A stretch of DNA of 64,000 nucleotides from IMG/VR virus record IMGVR_UViG_3300003629_000001; one strand, 5' to 3'. Origin of the DNA: a virus. A program made the position numbers and the translations under genes. This document shows, in pieces, positions 21,779 to 33,115 of this stretch. The notes beneath the pieces are model-generated. The model saw only the letters and a list, made by a program, of their open reading frames with translations. It was not told where the DNA came from and did no database searches. Numbering within the stretch: the stretch's first letter is position 1; every line of letters begins with the position of its first letter.

Positions 21779-22306
21779 ATGGGCGCTGGCAAAGATTTTG
21801 AAGACGCGTTGATGGACGGCCTCGAAGAGTGGGTGGGCGACGAGGGTGTCCCCATGCTTCGCAAACAGCAAATGGCCTTTCGTCGGGGGAATTTCCAAAT
21901 GTCGCAAGAGTTGGACATTATGGTTGACTCCCCGCGAGACGAGTTCTATATCGGACTTGAAGCCAAGTCCCGAGATTGTGAATCCAGTGCGGCTGGATTG
22001 TATTTCTCTAAACTGAATCCCGACCAGTTCCTCGGTCAAGAAGAGTACCGAGAGAAATCGGGTCGGAAGGTCGCTGTCGCTGTCGAACTCCGCAACTGTT
22101 GTGAGAAGGGTGACTGTGGATTCCTGCTTCCGCTTGACCTGTTCTTGAACAAGATTCGGGACGACGCGACAAAGATTTCATGGGACGAGGTTCGGGAGTT
22201 CGGGGTCTATCTCGGGTCAGAGCGGGAAATGGAGTTCGACGCGAGTCAGTTTGACAGAGTGAACCAAAGTCCTATTACCCCTACTGGCGAAGTACATGGT
22301 GAGTAA
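21779..22306 (+). CDS. PD-(D/E)xK nuclease, Holliday-junction resolvase-like
   Basis: GKDFE...DIMV...LEAKS arrangement as in Hjc/RecU-like resolvases. Confidence 0.65.
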   Translation: MGAGKDFEDALMDGLEEWVGDEGVPMLRKQQMAFRRGNFQMSQELDIMVDSPRDEFYIGLEAKSRDCESSAAGLYFSKLNPDQFLGQEEYREKSGRKVAVAVELRNCCEKGDCGFLLPLDLFLNKIRDDATKISWDEVREFGVYLGSEREMEFDASQFDRVNQSPITPTGEVHGE

Positions 22307-22670
22307 GTGAACTGAACTCGCAATGACTGACTCTACTGACCGAGAGCCGGACTGTGATATTTGCGGGTCAGTTAAGGGTCTGTCATTTGCGTTTCTCACT
22401 GAACGACCGCTCGAAGAAGACGAAGCGTATGTGCCGGACGAACCGTACATGATTTGTCGTGACCACTGGCAACAGTTCGTAGATAGCGACGAATACTACG
22501 TCCGCACGATTGCTCCGGTTCCAAGCGAGCGCGGTGGCTTTTCTCGAACGTCTGACGCCGAGGGCGGAGATATTCTATACGACCGAGACGAGGGGGACGA
22601 CTGTTGGATACAGTTTGACCCCGACGCCGAGGTGGATTTAGAAGACGGCGAGGAACCCAACGGTGAAACT

Positions 22671-23157
22671 CATGAGTGACGGTTGGTCAGACGAGCAACG
22701 AGAGGCTATCGACCGCTGGAACGACAAAGACCAGTCCGAACGACACCCACATGACCTGCTTCCGAATGGGAGTCAGGGATATGACCGAGGTGTCGGAGAA
22801 GACGAGTGCGCGTCCATGCGTCAGTTTTTCAAATCGCACCCGGACAAGACGATAAAGAGCATGGTCGAAGTAGAGTTTGAATACTCACAGACGACGATTG
22901 CGGAACACGTTTTCAATCGGTGCAATCACTCAATCGAAGAAGAACCTGCTGATAGCCCTATGGGGACAATTGACCCCGAGGATTTCGTGACGAATCAGCA
23001 GTGTGCGGATATGCGGTCGTTCTATTTTGGCGAGGGTGACGAGGAAATCACCAACGTTGAAGCCCAGTTCGACAAGACTTACGGTCAGGTTTATCACCAC
23101 TTGGTTGGCCGTTGTAAGTGCGACCATGACCAAGTGGATATTCGTTCAGTTGAATAA
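22671..23157 (+). CDS. duplicated Cys/His zinc-binding HTH-like protein
   Basis: Two repeats of C..MR..F...H...RC.(H/C). Confidence 0.55.
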
Positions 23158-23252
23158 GGTTATTCAATAGGTTCAAGTGGTCACGTCCACAACGAGAGTA
23201 ACACGCGGTTTCCGACACCACTCCCGAGGGGACGGTGGCCGCTGGACTACGC

Positions 23253-25889
23253 ATGAATCCTTCAGACCGGGGAATCTCTCTCCCCAAGAAACGCACGGAC
23301 GGCGAAACGCTACAAGACAACCTGACCGAGAACGCCTACTTCGGAGTTCTCCCGTCTCGCTATCTCAAGAAAGACGAGAACGGGGAACCGATTGAGGCAC
23401 AGGAAGAACTCTTCCGACGCGTCGGGAAGAACAACGCGGTGGCCGAAGCGGTCTACCACGACACCGAGACGTACATCGACGCTCGTCACATCAAGCCTGA
23501 CCACCCGCGACGTGACGAACTCCGCGCCGACGTTCTGGACATGGCTGGTCAAGACGAGTTCCCGGTCAAACTGACCGAAGACAACGCGAAGCACGTCGCC
23601 TACGACGCTCTCATTGACGACGTGTCCGACGACACCCGCGAGACGATGGAAGCATGGGCCGACCGGTACACCGCCGCTATGGAAAACCTGTCGTTCATGC
23701 CGAACACGCCGACTCTTATCAACGCTGGAAGCGAACTTCAGCAACTCTCCGCCTGTTTCGTAAACAGCCCCGAAGACGACATTTCGGACATTCACGAAAC
23801 CGCCAAGGAAGCCGCTGAAATCTTCCAGAGCGGCGGCGGCAACGGGTATGCGTTCAGTCACCTTCGGCCCTACGGCGACATTGTGGGTTCTACTGGCGGT
23901 ATCGCGTCCGGGCCTATCACCTTCATGCGTACCTACGACCAACTCTGTGAAACTATCGCACAGGGTGGCGCTCGCCGGGGCGCTCAAATGGGCGTCATGA
24001 ACGTGACTCACCCCGACATTCCGTACTTCATTCACGCGAAACGGCGTGACGTGTCGCTGGCCGAGACGCTTCGGCTGAACGACCCCGACGATTTCACTCA
24101 CAATTCCTTCGGTGACGCTCTGGACGAAGCCCGCGACCTGATTGACGACGAGGGTCGCGTCCCCCACCACCTTCGGAACGCGGTCGAAGGCCACCTGTCG
24201 AACTTCAATATCTCGGTCGGTATCACCACCGAGTTCATGGAAGCGCTCAAGGCTGGCGAGGATTTCGACCTGATTAACCCACGCACGGGCGAACAGCATA
24301 TCGCCACCGAAGAGACGAAGGAAATGTACGGCTGGTTCGACCTTGGCGAGTACGTTACGGTCGGGGAACCCCTCTCTATCCCCGCCGAGAAACTGTGGAC
24401 GCGTATCGTTGAAGGCGCTCACCAGAACGGCGAACCGGGTGTCGTGTTCATCGACCGCATGAACGAAATGCACTCGTTCGCTGACCTTGACGGGGATAAT
24501 TCCGACTACAAAATCCACGCAACTAACCCCTGCTCCGAGCAACCTTTGTGTGAGAACGAAGCCTGTAACCTTGGGCATATCAATCTCTCTACACTTGTTG
24601 CGAAGGACGCCCCCGACTGGCGGGAGTTCCGTGCTTCCGACTGGGAAGAGTTGGGTGAAGTGGAACAGCAAGCCGAGGTTCAGGACTATCTGACGCACGC
24701 TATCGACTGGGAAGAACTCAATACCCGTATTGAGACGGGAACGCGGTTCTTGGACAACGTGGTCACTATGTCCAACTTCCCGAACGACGCTATCTCCGAG
24801 CGCGTCGGCAACCTTCGGAAAATCGGGCTGGGTATCATGGGCTACCACCAAATGATTATCCAAATGGGTGTCCGGTACGGGAGCGACGAGGGCAACCAAA
24901 TCGCCCGTCAGGTCATGCAACACATCAACCACCGGTCGAAGGCTGTCAGCCACGAACTCGCCAACGACCGTGGAAACTTCGCCGCGTGGGACGACTCGAA
25001 GTACGCGAACCCGACCGAAAACGAAGCGTGGTTCAGTAAGTTAGTCGGACAGGACGCGAGCGAATACGAAGACGGCTTCGGTGTGAGAAATCACAATACG
25101 ACGACAATTGCCCCGACTGGCACGACCAGTATGGTTGGAAATACGACAGGTGGCTGTGAACCCATCTACAACGTCGCCTACTACAAGAACGTCTCTGACG
25201 ACGTTCAGGGTGACGAAATGCTGGTCGAATTTGACGACTACTTCCTACGCGTCCTGAAGGAGAACGACGTGGACGTAGACGCGGTGAAGGCTCAAGCCGA
25301 AGAGCAAATGGAAGCCAACGAGTTCGACGGTATCGACGGGCTGACAAATGTCCCTGACGCGATTGGGGAACTCTTCGTCACGACCAACCAACTCACCGCA
25401 AAGGAACACGCTGACGTGCTGTGCGCGTTCCAAGACGGCGTAGACAGTGCTATCAGCAAGACGATAAATGCCCCGAAGCACGCTACGGTCGCGGAAGCCG
25501 AGAACATCTTCGAGTACATCTACGACCACGGTGGCAAGAGCGTGACCTTCTACCGAGACGGTAGCCGCTCGAAGCAGGTTCTCACCACGCGGAAGGAGAA
25601 CAAGGAGTCCGCTGACGCGGACGCCGAGGAAGTGACCGCCGAGTACCTTCAGGAAGAACTCGGTGTCTCGCTCGAAGAGGTAGAGACGCTTGTCGGTGTT
25701 GCGTCGAACGCTGGCGTGGGTCAAAGCCAAGACGAGGGTGACGCCACCACCGTCACGGACGGCGGCGTCACGGCGGCACAGAGCGCCGAGAATAACGTGC
25801 CTATGTGCGAAGAGTGCAACGTCCCTCTGGAAATCTCTGAAGGCTGTGAGAAGTGTCCCGAATGCGGTGCTGGTCAGTGTTCGTTCTGA
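23253..25889 (+). CDS. nrdJ: adenosylcobalamin-dependent (class II) ribonucleotide reductase
   Basis: PNTPTLINAG, LSACFV, GGARRGAQM, TNPCSE, CNLG, TIAPTGT, SKTIN, C-terminal CxxC...CxxC; no intein apparent. Confidence 0.95.
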   Translation: MNPSDRGISLPKKRTDGETLQDNLTENAYFGVLPSRYLKKDENGEPIEAQEELFRRVGKNNAVAEAVYHDTETYIDARHIKPDHPRRDELRADVLDMAGQDEFPVKLTEDNAKHVAYDALIDDVSDDTRETMEAWADRYTAAMENLSFMPNTPTLINAGSELQQLSACFVNSPEDDISDIHETAKEAAEIFQSGGGNGYAFSHLRPYGDIVGSTGGIASGPITFMRTYDQLCETIAQGGARRGAQMGVMNVTHPDIPYFIHAKRRDVSLAETLRLNDPDDFTHNSFGDALDEARDLIDDEGRVPHHLRNAVEGHLSNFNISVGITTEFMEALKAGEDFDLINPRTGEQHIATEETKEMYGWFDLGEYVTVGEPLSIPAEKLWTRIVEGAHQNGEPGVVFIDRMNEMHSFADLDGDNSDYKIHATNPCSEQPLCENEACNLGHINLSTLVAKDAPDWREFRASDWEELGEVEQQAEVQDYLTHAIDWEELNTRIETGTRFLDNVVTMSNFPNDAISERVGNLRKIGLGIMGYHQMIIQMGVRYGSDEGNQIARQVMQHINHRSKAVSHELANDRGNFAAWDDSKYANPTENEAWFSKLVGQDASEYEDGFGVRNHNTTTIAPTGTTSMVGNTTGGCEPIYNVAYYKNVSDDVQGDEMLVEFDDYFLRVLKENDVDVDAVKAQAEEQMEANEFDGIDGLTNVPDAIGELFVTTNQLTAKEHADVLCAFQDGVDSAISKTINAPKHATVAEAENIFEYIYDHGGKSVTFYRDGSRSKQVLTTRKENKESADADAEEVTAEYLQEELGVSLEEVETLVGVASNAGVGQSQDEGDATTVTDGGVTAAQSAENNVPMCEECNVPLEISEGCEKCPECGAGQCSF

Positions 25890-26244
25890 CCAGTTTGCTG
25901 GCCCGCGCTTGATTTTCGATTCCCATGTTTTCACGCTGGTCGTTAGTGTTACAAAGTGGTATCATGCTCGCTAAACTCATTTTTCTCCGTCTTTGGATAC
26001 TGAAAGAACGGATTTTCGGTGGTGAATCCTGACCTATCACGTATAAGTGAATATCGAAATCGCTGTATAGCGGTCAATTTACCCCTTCAAGCATAAGGAA
26101 TCTGACCAAAGTCTTAATACTATTCATCCCCTATATACACATGAGGCGGGAGCGAGGTGCATTCCATTTGCTCCCTCTCCGGTAGCCCATGCACAACGTG
26201 TGGCTATCGACAGCACGCCCCTGAACCAACGAGGTTGACACCCA

Positions 26245-27321
26245 ATGGCTTCGCAAAAATCATGGGACGCAATTCCCAACGTTGAAGAACAGACTCCGCT
26301 TCCCGAGACTATCAAGTTCGAGTTCCGACGGAACGATGATAGGCGACGGATGGAACGGATGTTCCGCGCCGCTGTCGCGGACGGATACATGGAACGCGCT
26401 ATTGGAGCGCCGACTCTGACCCGTCTGTCAACGCGTGCGGTAATCAAGACCGAAGAAGAACTCGAAGCATTCCGCGACGAGTTGCCTTTCGACAACCGCG
26501 ACATTCGAGAGGAGATTCGGTCACAAGTCCGCGCCATGTACGACGTGGATAACCGCGTCGTCAACTACGACCCAGCCCCCGACGCTCACCCGCTCGCTAC
26601 GGAAGAGCCGGTGGATATTGAGGCTGGCGACATAGTGGAAGTCGTTCGCTACGGAAGTACGAACGAGATTAAGCGGGAACACGGAGCGCGACTCTTCGAG
26701 AAGAGCGAACCGATGGAAGACACCAAGACTTACGTCGTGCGCGAAATCGACAGTCCCGGTGTCTTGCTCGAATCCACCTTCGGTCTTTCGACCGAACCAG
26801 AATGGTGGCTTCAAGACGCCATTGTCGGGTTGAACATTCGTGAGAAGGCCGAGCGTGAGTACGAGGCTGAAAAACGTCGTCGCTACCGCGCTCGCGTCGA
26901 AGAGCGAAAACAGACCGACATGGATACCCTCATGGACGAGGTAGTCATTCCCCACGCCCGCAAATGGGCCAACGAAGTGTGGTCAGGCGGAACCGTGGAC
27001 GTTGACGACATTGACTGGTTCTGGAACCCGCAACTGACGAACGCCGCTGGTATGGCGTACTACGGTTCGGCGGTTCCCGAGTCAATGGCGTCCGGGCGAT
27101 ACGCTATCGCTCTCGCACCTGACTACTACTACCAGAAGGGAATCGACAAACTTCTCGAAATCGTCCGCCACGAATTGATTCACCAGTGGCAATATATGCA
27201 CCCTGACGCGCCGAAAGGTAAAGGTCACGGGCGCGGATTCAAGCAGTGGATGGACGACATGGACACCCACCGGCATTGCGACCGCTGGTCGAAAGAAACC
27301 GAGTTCTCCACGACGGAGTAA
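26245..27321 (+). CDS. SprT-like zinc metalloprotease domain protein
   Basis: NPQLTNAAG...RHELIH...GHGRGFK. Confidence 0.8.
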   Translation: MASQKSWDAIPNVEEQTPLPETIKFEFRRNDDRRRMERMFRAAVADGYMERAIGAPTLTRLSTRAVIKTEEELEAFRDELPFDNRDIREEIRSQVRAMYDVDNRVVNYDPAPDAHPLATEEPVDIEAGDIVEVVRYGSTNEIKREHGARLFEKSEPMEDTKTYVVREIDSPGVLLESTFGLSTEPEWWLQDAIVGLNIREKAEREYEAEKRRRYRARVEERKQTDMDTLMDEVVIPHARKWANEVWSGGTVDVDDIDWFWNPQLTNAAGMAYYGSAVPESMASGRYAIALAPDYYYQKGIDKLLEIVRHELIHQWQYMHPDAPKGKGHGRGFKQWMDDMDTHRHCDRWSKETEFSTTE

Positions 27322-27330
27322 GGTTCATAC

Positions 27331-27361
27331 CCCAACTGGCTAACGCCGGTTGAGGTTTTTT
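27331..27361 (+). terminator. hairpin + T tract
   Basis: CAACTGGC-TAAC-GCCGGTTG followed by TTTTTT after the SprT gene. Confidence 0.5.
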
Positions 27362-27427
27362 ATTTAGCGATTTTGAGGAACGGGGCGGTCACGCTACCTT
27401 TTGATACTGACTCGAAATACGCCAGTA

Positions 27428-27769
27428 ATGACCCTACCAGAAGACGAGTACGCGGACTTGGTTCAAGAAATGTTGAATGCGGAGTACGGTGAAGAGAACG
27501 TCGAACGGAACGTCTATATCGAAGAGACTGGTCGGTATGCCGATTTCGTTGTTCGAGCGTGGCCGGTTGACCTTGCGATTGAGATAGAGAACGATTTTGA
27601 AGCCGTGTTCAAGGGCGTGAGTCAAGCGCTCGTCTACGCGAATCAGAGTGAAGACATGGCTCCTGTAATTATTCGCCCGCCGCTCGAAGACGAGTCAGAC
27701 GTACTTGAGAACGAAATTCTCTCGTCGCACGTCACGATTCGGGAGTTCGCTCCGACCGAGTGGGAATGA
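27428..27769 (+). CDS. restriction-endonuclease-fold protein
   Basis: ADFVV...AIEIEN...GVSQALVYA. Confidence 0.5.
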   Translation: MTLPEDEYADLVQEMLNAEYGEENVERNVYIEETGRYADFVVRAWPVDLAIEIENDFEAVFKGVSQALVYANQSEDMAPVIIRPPLEDESDVLENEILSSHVTIREFAPTEWE

Positions 27770-27993
27770 GAAAGCCCAACGACCCAGCCTCTCGTTCGTT
27801 TGCTCCTTCTGGGTCGGTAGCCGATATGAGCGAAATGGAAATCCGCGTCGTCGTAACCAGCGACGTAGATGATACGCCAATAGGGGTACTGGAATACTGG
27901 GATATTGACTGTTGGATGTATGCCGAAGTTGATTCACTTCGACCAGTTGAACCGGAACAATAATCTTATAAAACTACGGCGTCCAGTACAGGT

Positions 27994-28503
27994 GTGACAG
28001 TTCTCTCCGACCGCACGATTCACCGAATGTTAGACAACGGCGAACTTTCCATTGACCCTCTTGACCGAGAGTCACAAGTTCAACCTTCGTCGGTTGACCT
28101 TACTTTAGCAGGTCATACCATACCGCTTGGTCAACGTGGACAGCCAAAGACTGACCAAGAAGAGGTGACGTTCCGTTCCGGGGAAGCGTACCTCGGGTCA
28201 ACGCGAGAGTATATTGACCTTCCCGAAAACGTCTGTGCTATGTTGAAGGGTCGTTCTTCGATTGGTCGGAAGGGAGTTCAGATTCATACGGCTGGGTGGA
28301 TTGACGCTGGATTTCATGGTGAGTTGACATTGGAAATCGTGAACTTCAACGGCAATCCCCAAACCTTCAAAGAAGGAACGAGATTTTGTCAACTGATTCT
28401 AATTCCACTTGACGATACCCCTATTGAAAGTTACGCGACGAAGGCGGATGCGAAATACAACGGTCAGAAAGGGGCTACTACCTCTCGGTTAGAAGACGTG
28501 TGA
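27994..28503 (+). CDS. dcd: dCTP deaminase / dUTPase family protein
   Basis: QPSSVDL, GRSSIGR.G, IDAGFHG.LTLE, QL, KYNGQ. Confidence 0.9.
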   Translation: MTVLSDRTIHRMLDNGELSIDPLDRESQVQPSSVDLTLAGHTIPLGQRGQPKTDQEEVTFRSGEAYLGSTREYIDLPENVCAMLKGRSSIGRKGVQIHTAGWIDAGFHGELTLEIVNFNGNPQTFKEGTRFCQLILIPLDDTPIESYATKADAKYNGQKGATTSRLEDV

Positions 28504-28566
28504 CTGTTTTATAAAACAATAAAGTTATAAGATAGCGGGTTCAGATTCTCAAGTGGAGTTTGAGAA

Positions 28567-29178
28567 ATGCCTACCACTGACTCTGAACCAGCAGAACAAT
28601 ACGAGAAGCGGAACGAGACGATTCGAGCGATAATTGACGAGTGCGCGGCTGTTGAAGACCTTGACGAGTTCGGAATCAAGACGGAGATTGCGAATAACGT
28701 CGGCGTGGGTGATAGTCGCGTTCACTACGTTATCAACGAGTGGGGTCACTTGATTGAGTGGCGTCGTGCCGCGAATCGTGAACCGCTTGAGAAAGACGCT
28801 GTGAAAGCGGCTTACGAAGATGAAACTCTCGAAGCAATGGCGACTGGGGGTGCTGTCAAGTACGTCTGTCCTGACTGTGAAGACGACTTTGACGAAAAGT
28901 CGCAACTTCGGGGCCACCTGACGCATGGTTGTGAGACGCCTGAAGGATGGACAATGGAAGCGTCCGCTGTGATTGTCGGGGAAGACGACCCACAGACGAA
29001 GGCTATGGCCGATGGAATGGGGGACGCCCGTGTTCAGGTAGAGTTCACGCTGGACGAAGCGTTCAGGGCCATGAAACTTCTTCCGGGTGACTTGGGAATG
29101 CACGTTTTCTACCAAGTTCTCGAAGACGCCGAAGAACTTCCGAAGCAGGGGCTTTCGCGCCTGTTTGACGAGAAGTAG
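28567..29178 (+). CDS. HTH-like protein with internal C2H2-type finger
   Basis: TEIANNVGVGDSRVHYVI; CPDC...LRGHLTH. Confidence 0.55.
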   Translation: MPTTDSEPAEQYEKRNETIRAIIDECAAVEDLDEFGIKTEIANNVGVGDSRVHYVINEWGHLIEWRRAANREPLEKDAVKAAYEDETLEAMATGGAVKYVCPDCEDDFDEKSQLRGHLTHGCETPEGWTMEASAVIVGEDDPQTKAMADGMGDARVQVEFTLDEAFRAMKLLPGDLGMHVFYQVLEDAEELPKQGLSRLFDEK

Positions 29179-29221
29179 CGTCGGAACCTTTTTACGCGTT
29201 CATCCCCTATCTTGGAATGTA

Positions 29222-29854
29222 ATGGGAGATACGAGAAACCTCATAGATACGAGTGAACGCGTAGTATTGTGCTTTGACCGCGACCATACAGTCACCGTCA
29301 ACGCACACCCGCGCCGAGCGGCTGTGCCGACTGGATGGGTTCAGTATTGGGCGCACGAAACTGACATTCCCGTGTGGGCGACCGGCAATCAGCACTTGAA
29401 GAGCGAGTGTGAGATTCCGGGTCTGTCCGAAGCAGAGTTCCTATGGGAAGAGTACCTGTGTAACCCACAGTACGAGTTCGAGAACAGTGAGTTCGAGAAT
29501 CACATCAAGCCCCGGCGTAGAGACGGTCTTCGACTGATTCAGGACGTGTATGAAACAGCGTTCCCCGACGAAGACTTCCGGTTCATCGTCGTGGACGACG
29601 AAGACGTGAGCGACTTGGCCGCTGAAGGGCCGTGGACTCACTACTTCCCGTGGAATTTCCGAGCGGCTGTCGAAGCCGGAGCGCTTCGAGACTCGCGGGG
29701 AATCGAAGAGCCACCGGAAGATTCGTACAAGAATCAGGGCGTTCCGTTCAATTCGACGGACAATCCTGATTTCGAGATTGAGCGACGGACGTGCGACGAG
29801 ATTCGGAACGAACTTCGGGGTCTTGACCGTCTCGCCGCGAAGAACGAGGATTAA
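29222..29854 (+). CDS. HAD-superfamily-like hydrolase
   Basis: LCFDRDHT (DxDxT), WATGN, VVDD. Confidence 0.6.
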   Translation: MGDTRNLIDTSERVVLCFDRDHTVTVNAHPRRAAVPTGWVQYWAHETDIPVWATGNQHLKSECEIPGLSEAEFLWEEYLCNPQYEFENSEFENHIKPRRRDGLRLIQDVYETAFPDEDFRFIVVDDEDVSDLAAEGPWTHYFPWNFRAAVEAGALRDSRGIEEPPEDSYKNQGVPFNSTDNPDFEIERRTCDEIRNELRGLDRLAAKNED

Positions 29855-29981
29855 GGAACGTGGGCGCGACCGCTTTTCAGCACCCACGGTAACGTTCTGA
29901 TATGGATACCAAGAAAGCGTGGCGGAGAGTCAAGAATTTCTACAGTCGAATGCCAGCACCGAGCGCGAAAATGTTAGTCCT

Positions 29982-30341
29982 TCACTGATTCTCGTCCGGC
30001 GGGTTGTAGTTCTTTGCGAGGTTGGCAACGCGTTCGATTACATACGTGACCGGATTCGCCCCGTACTCCTTCATGAGAGCCAGTACAAACGCCAGCACCA
30101 TGACAGCCGTCGTGACCAGAAGAATCGGCCTGACGACCGTATTGAACGCTCCTTGAGCGCCGATAGTGCCTTCAATCGTGACGTTGACTGGGATATAGCC
30201 AGCGACAATCAGTCCGATGAACGATAGGCTGGCGATAGTGAGAATGGCGAACGGAGCGAGAATGACAGCGCGGGCTGTCCACTCGTCGCCGCTTCCGGGG
30301 TCGTCTTGTATTTCTGGTATTTCGTCTTCGTTAGCACTCAT
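29982..30341 (-). CDS. 2-TM membrane protein
   Basis: Two long hydrophobic helices. Confidence 0.6.
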   Translation of the reverse strand: MSANEDEIPEIQDDPGSGDEWTARAVILAPFAILTIASLSFIGLIVAGYIPVNVTIEGTIGAQGAFNTVVRPILLVTTAVMVLAFVLALMKEYGANPVTYVIERVANLAKNYNPPDENQ

Positions 30342-30491
30342 ATTAGGGGTATTGTCTATTCCAAGGGATAGTTCTGACCCCCGTCGTTCCCAATTGCTTT
30401 CGAGAACTGTTCATATAGAGAAGATAGGAATAGGTTTATCCCGCTACGTCCCCAATCAGGGGATGAAGGGTAAAATGAAAACCCCATAAAA

Positions 30492-30788
30492 ATGAGTACG
30501 AGCATGAGTCAAGCGAGTAACACCACGAACGAACTCGAATTGCTACACGAATATCTTCCAGATTCCTTCCTTAACGAGATTGGGAATTTGGAATCCAAAA
30601 TCGAAGAGAGCGAACTGACCGCGAGGGAGTACCTGACCTACGTGCTGGCCGAAGTGACGGACAAGACTGGAAAGGAGAGTGCGGAAATCATGAAGATTCA
30701 GGAAGGGACGTATTGGGGCAAACTCGGTCGCGCTCGTGACAAAATCGACGCGGCCAAAGCGACTATCGAACTCGCTAATGTCGTCTGA
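30492..30788 (+). CDS. HTH (sigma region-4-like) DNA-binding protein
   Basis: LTARE...ESAEIMKIQEGT...LGRARDKI. Confidence 0.65.
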   Translation: MSTSMSQASNTTNELELLHEYLPDSFLNEIGNLESKIEESELTAREYLTYVLAEVTDKTGKESAEIMKIQEGTYWGKLGRARDKIDAAKATIELANVV

Positions 30789-31029
30789 TTACGTCTTGTG
30801 AAAGTAAACTACAATGTCGTCGTGGCCGACATACTCGCCTGATTCCACGTCCCTTTTTGAACTACACCGCCGTCGGTAACTCGTCATAAGGTCGAAGAAA
30901 GCGCCGGGATAGTGGTTGTCGAAGCGGGTTTCAACTGAAATTACATTTAAGTCGTGGTAAGGCGTTCCACATACGGGACATTCATGTGATTCCATCTATT
31001 GAATAATACATCAACCCGCGAGAAAAACG

Positions 31030-31380
31030 CTACCCCCACAGTCCCAAAGACGCTACAGGATAGGCAAGTGAGAGAGCGACGAAGTGGAAGATTTGGTCGT
31101 TCAGCCACACCCACGTCTCACCCCAGCCGTCTTTAGGTTCGACCCAGCGTCGGTGGTCAATGAACCCGTGGGTTAGGACAATCCACGAAATGAAGACGGC
31201 CATGCTCGTCTCATTCGGGAGCGTTCGCCACGCGATAGGGATAACGAGGAACCCGTGGACAAGAATATGAATCGTCAGACGAGTCGTGTTCTCTGTTTTA
31301 TGCTTCGCTATCCAGTCGGGTTGAAGCGGAAAGTCGCCAATGAGGTGAGCCGTAATTAGCCACAGTGACGACGTTATCAT
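31030..31380 (-). CDS. DUF3307-like membrane protein
   Basis: AHLIGDFPLQ...H...H...HGFID...DQIFH. Confidence 0.8.
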   Translation of the reverse strand: MITSSLWLITAHLIGDFPLQPDWIAKHKTENTTRLTIHILVHGFLVIPIAWRTLPNETSMAVFISWIVLTHGFIDHRRWVEPKDGWGETWVWLNDQIFHFVALSLAYPVASLGLWG

Positions 31381-31904
31381 CGTTCGACCCTGACCGCCGT
31401 GAGTCCATACCACGAATACCGCTCCGCGTGGTCTTTGTAGCAAATCCCGGCTGGGCAATCGTAGAGGAATCGAATCATCGAATCGCTCCTATGAAAGTAG
31501 GATGTTCGCTCCGATTAGCACGACTACGCACAGGAATCCAGCAACAAGCAACCCGGTCGTACCGCCCATCGTGACGAACCACATGATTGCGACGGCTTGA
31601 GCGATTGCGGCGAGCATGAGAACGGTAGGGAGATACCGTGCAACGGTCGCCACTTTACTTTCTTGCATTCGTTCGAGTTGTTCCTGTTGCTGACGCTGGA
31701 TACCCATGAGAACGTCCACAACGGCTTCGTACTCGTCTCGTTCCCAGTTCCGGCCAGCCTCTTGGGCTTCGAGCATGACGTTGGTCAGAATCGTCTCATG
31801 GCGTCTCTTGGCTTCTTTCTCGGAGAGGCCGTATTCTTCCATCAACACTTCTTTCGCGTCAGCGAAGGCTTCGCTGTCAAGGGCTACGTTGGTTGCTTGC
31901 ATTG

Positions 31905-32657
31905 TTAAGGAGCGAGTCGGTTTTTGCGGTTCTTCAGGTTCTCTTCGTAGTAGTCGAATGTAATCGGACACCAGTCAGCCGCCGCGTCCAGAATCCCTTC
32001 GGTCATTTCTCGAATTTCCCACTGGGATTCGCCACTGGCTCTCATGTCCCCGACGTGCATGAGCATTCGAGCGTTCATCGACACGACCATGTTGACCTTC
32101 GTGCCGATAGGGAGAACCATTCGGGCGTTTTCGGGCGCGACACCCATATCCACCAGATTGCCGTAAGACTTGAACGACTGTTTCAACGCGGCTTCGTACT
32201 GTTCGCGTCGAGCGTCCAGTAGTTGCTCGTCACTATACGCGTCAGCGTACACGTCGTCCATGTCTGTGTTTCGTCCAGCCGGGTCGGTGGTTTCGAGTTC
32301 GGGAATGAGAACGACACCTTCTCCGGGTTCGGGACTCATGTCGGAGAAGTTTACGTACCTCATGCTTTGAATATCGAACGACGCGTGTCGGTGACGGGTG
32401 ATTTGAGCCATGCACGACCGGCTGATTCCCTTCACCGCGAACGTCGCTTGAACGTGTTCAAACGGCCCGAAGTGGCCGTGTTCCATGAGGTGTCCGATTA
32501 GCGTTTCCATTTTCACGTCAGTATCTTCACCGTCGATAGAACTCATGGCTTCCTCGAAGGTCATGTCACCAATCCACTCTTCGAGGTAGTCGTTGCGAGC
32601 GGCGAGACACAGCGTCTTTTCTGGTTCAGGGGTCGCCTTCAGCAGTTCAACTTCCAT
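31905..32657 (-). CDS. thyX: FAD-dependent thymidylate synthase
   Basis: GHFGPFEH, ISR...QITRHR-x7-S.RY signature, ARMVLP, QWEIR. Confidence 0.95.
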   Translation of the reverse strand: MEVELLKATPEPEKTLCLAARNDYLEEWIGDMTFEEAMSSIDGEDTDVKMETLIGHLMEHGHFGPFEHVQATFAVKGISRSCMAQITRHRHASFDIQSMRYVNFSDMSPEPGEGVVLIPELETTDPAGRNTDMDDVYADAYSDEQLLDARREQYEAALKQSFKSYGNLVDMGVAPENARMVLPIGTKVNMVVSMNARMLMHVGDMRASGESQWEIREMTEGILDAAADWCPITFDYYEENLKNRKNRLAP

Positions 32658-33115
32658 GCGACTCACCCTTTCTTTTATAGGATTATAATTGTTTGGACTC
32701 ATGATAGCCATATCAGAGCGATAATTTTATAAGCCCATGTTTATAAGTAGAAGACAGGCGGTCACAAATACCCGGCTTTGCCGGTCGTACTACGCCGCCC
32801 GCGACAACTGGTTCAGTCCACCAGTCCCGTCCCCTCTCCCCTCTCCGTTGTCCACTCTGGTAGTACCAACAATGCAAGGTAATCCCGGCGACGGCGCGAT
32901 ATTCACGGACAGAAATGGCGACCAGTGGAAAGCCATAATCACCGACGAGTCAATGAGTGGTAATGCGTCACTCTGTTACTCGAAAAGCGACGACGGTGAG
33001 TTCGCCCAAGGTTCTATACACATGGCTCTCAATATCCCTAATGAGAGCAACGCCGTGAGCGAACCTTACTACGAACACCGCCCCGACGCCGACTGGCCCA
33101 ACGAGGTACTGTAAC

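Noticed and set aside
23310-24953. 547-aa minus-strand ORF, and similar antisense ORFs across the window
   Set aside because: Shadow of the codon bias of nrdJ and other plus-strand genes; non-acidic with no motifs.
23253-25889. Intein in RNR (also checked in TerL and the helicase)
   Set aside because: Lengths are normal, and no intein N-terminal C/S or C-terminal HN junction interrupts the motifs.
26100-26245. Possible tRNA or ncRNA upstream of the SprT gene
   Set aside because: No cloverleaf or T-loop consensus; I identified no tRNA gene anywhere in the window.
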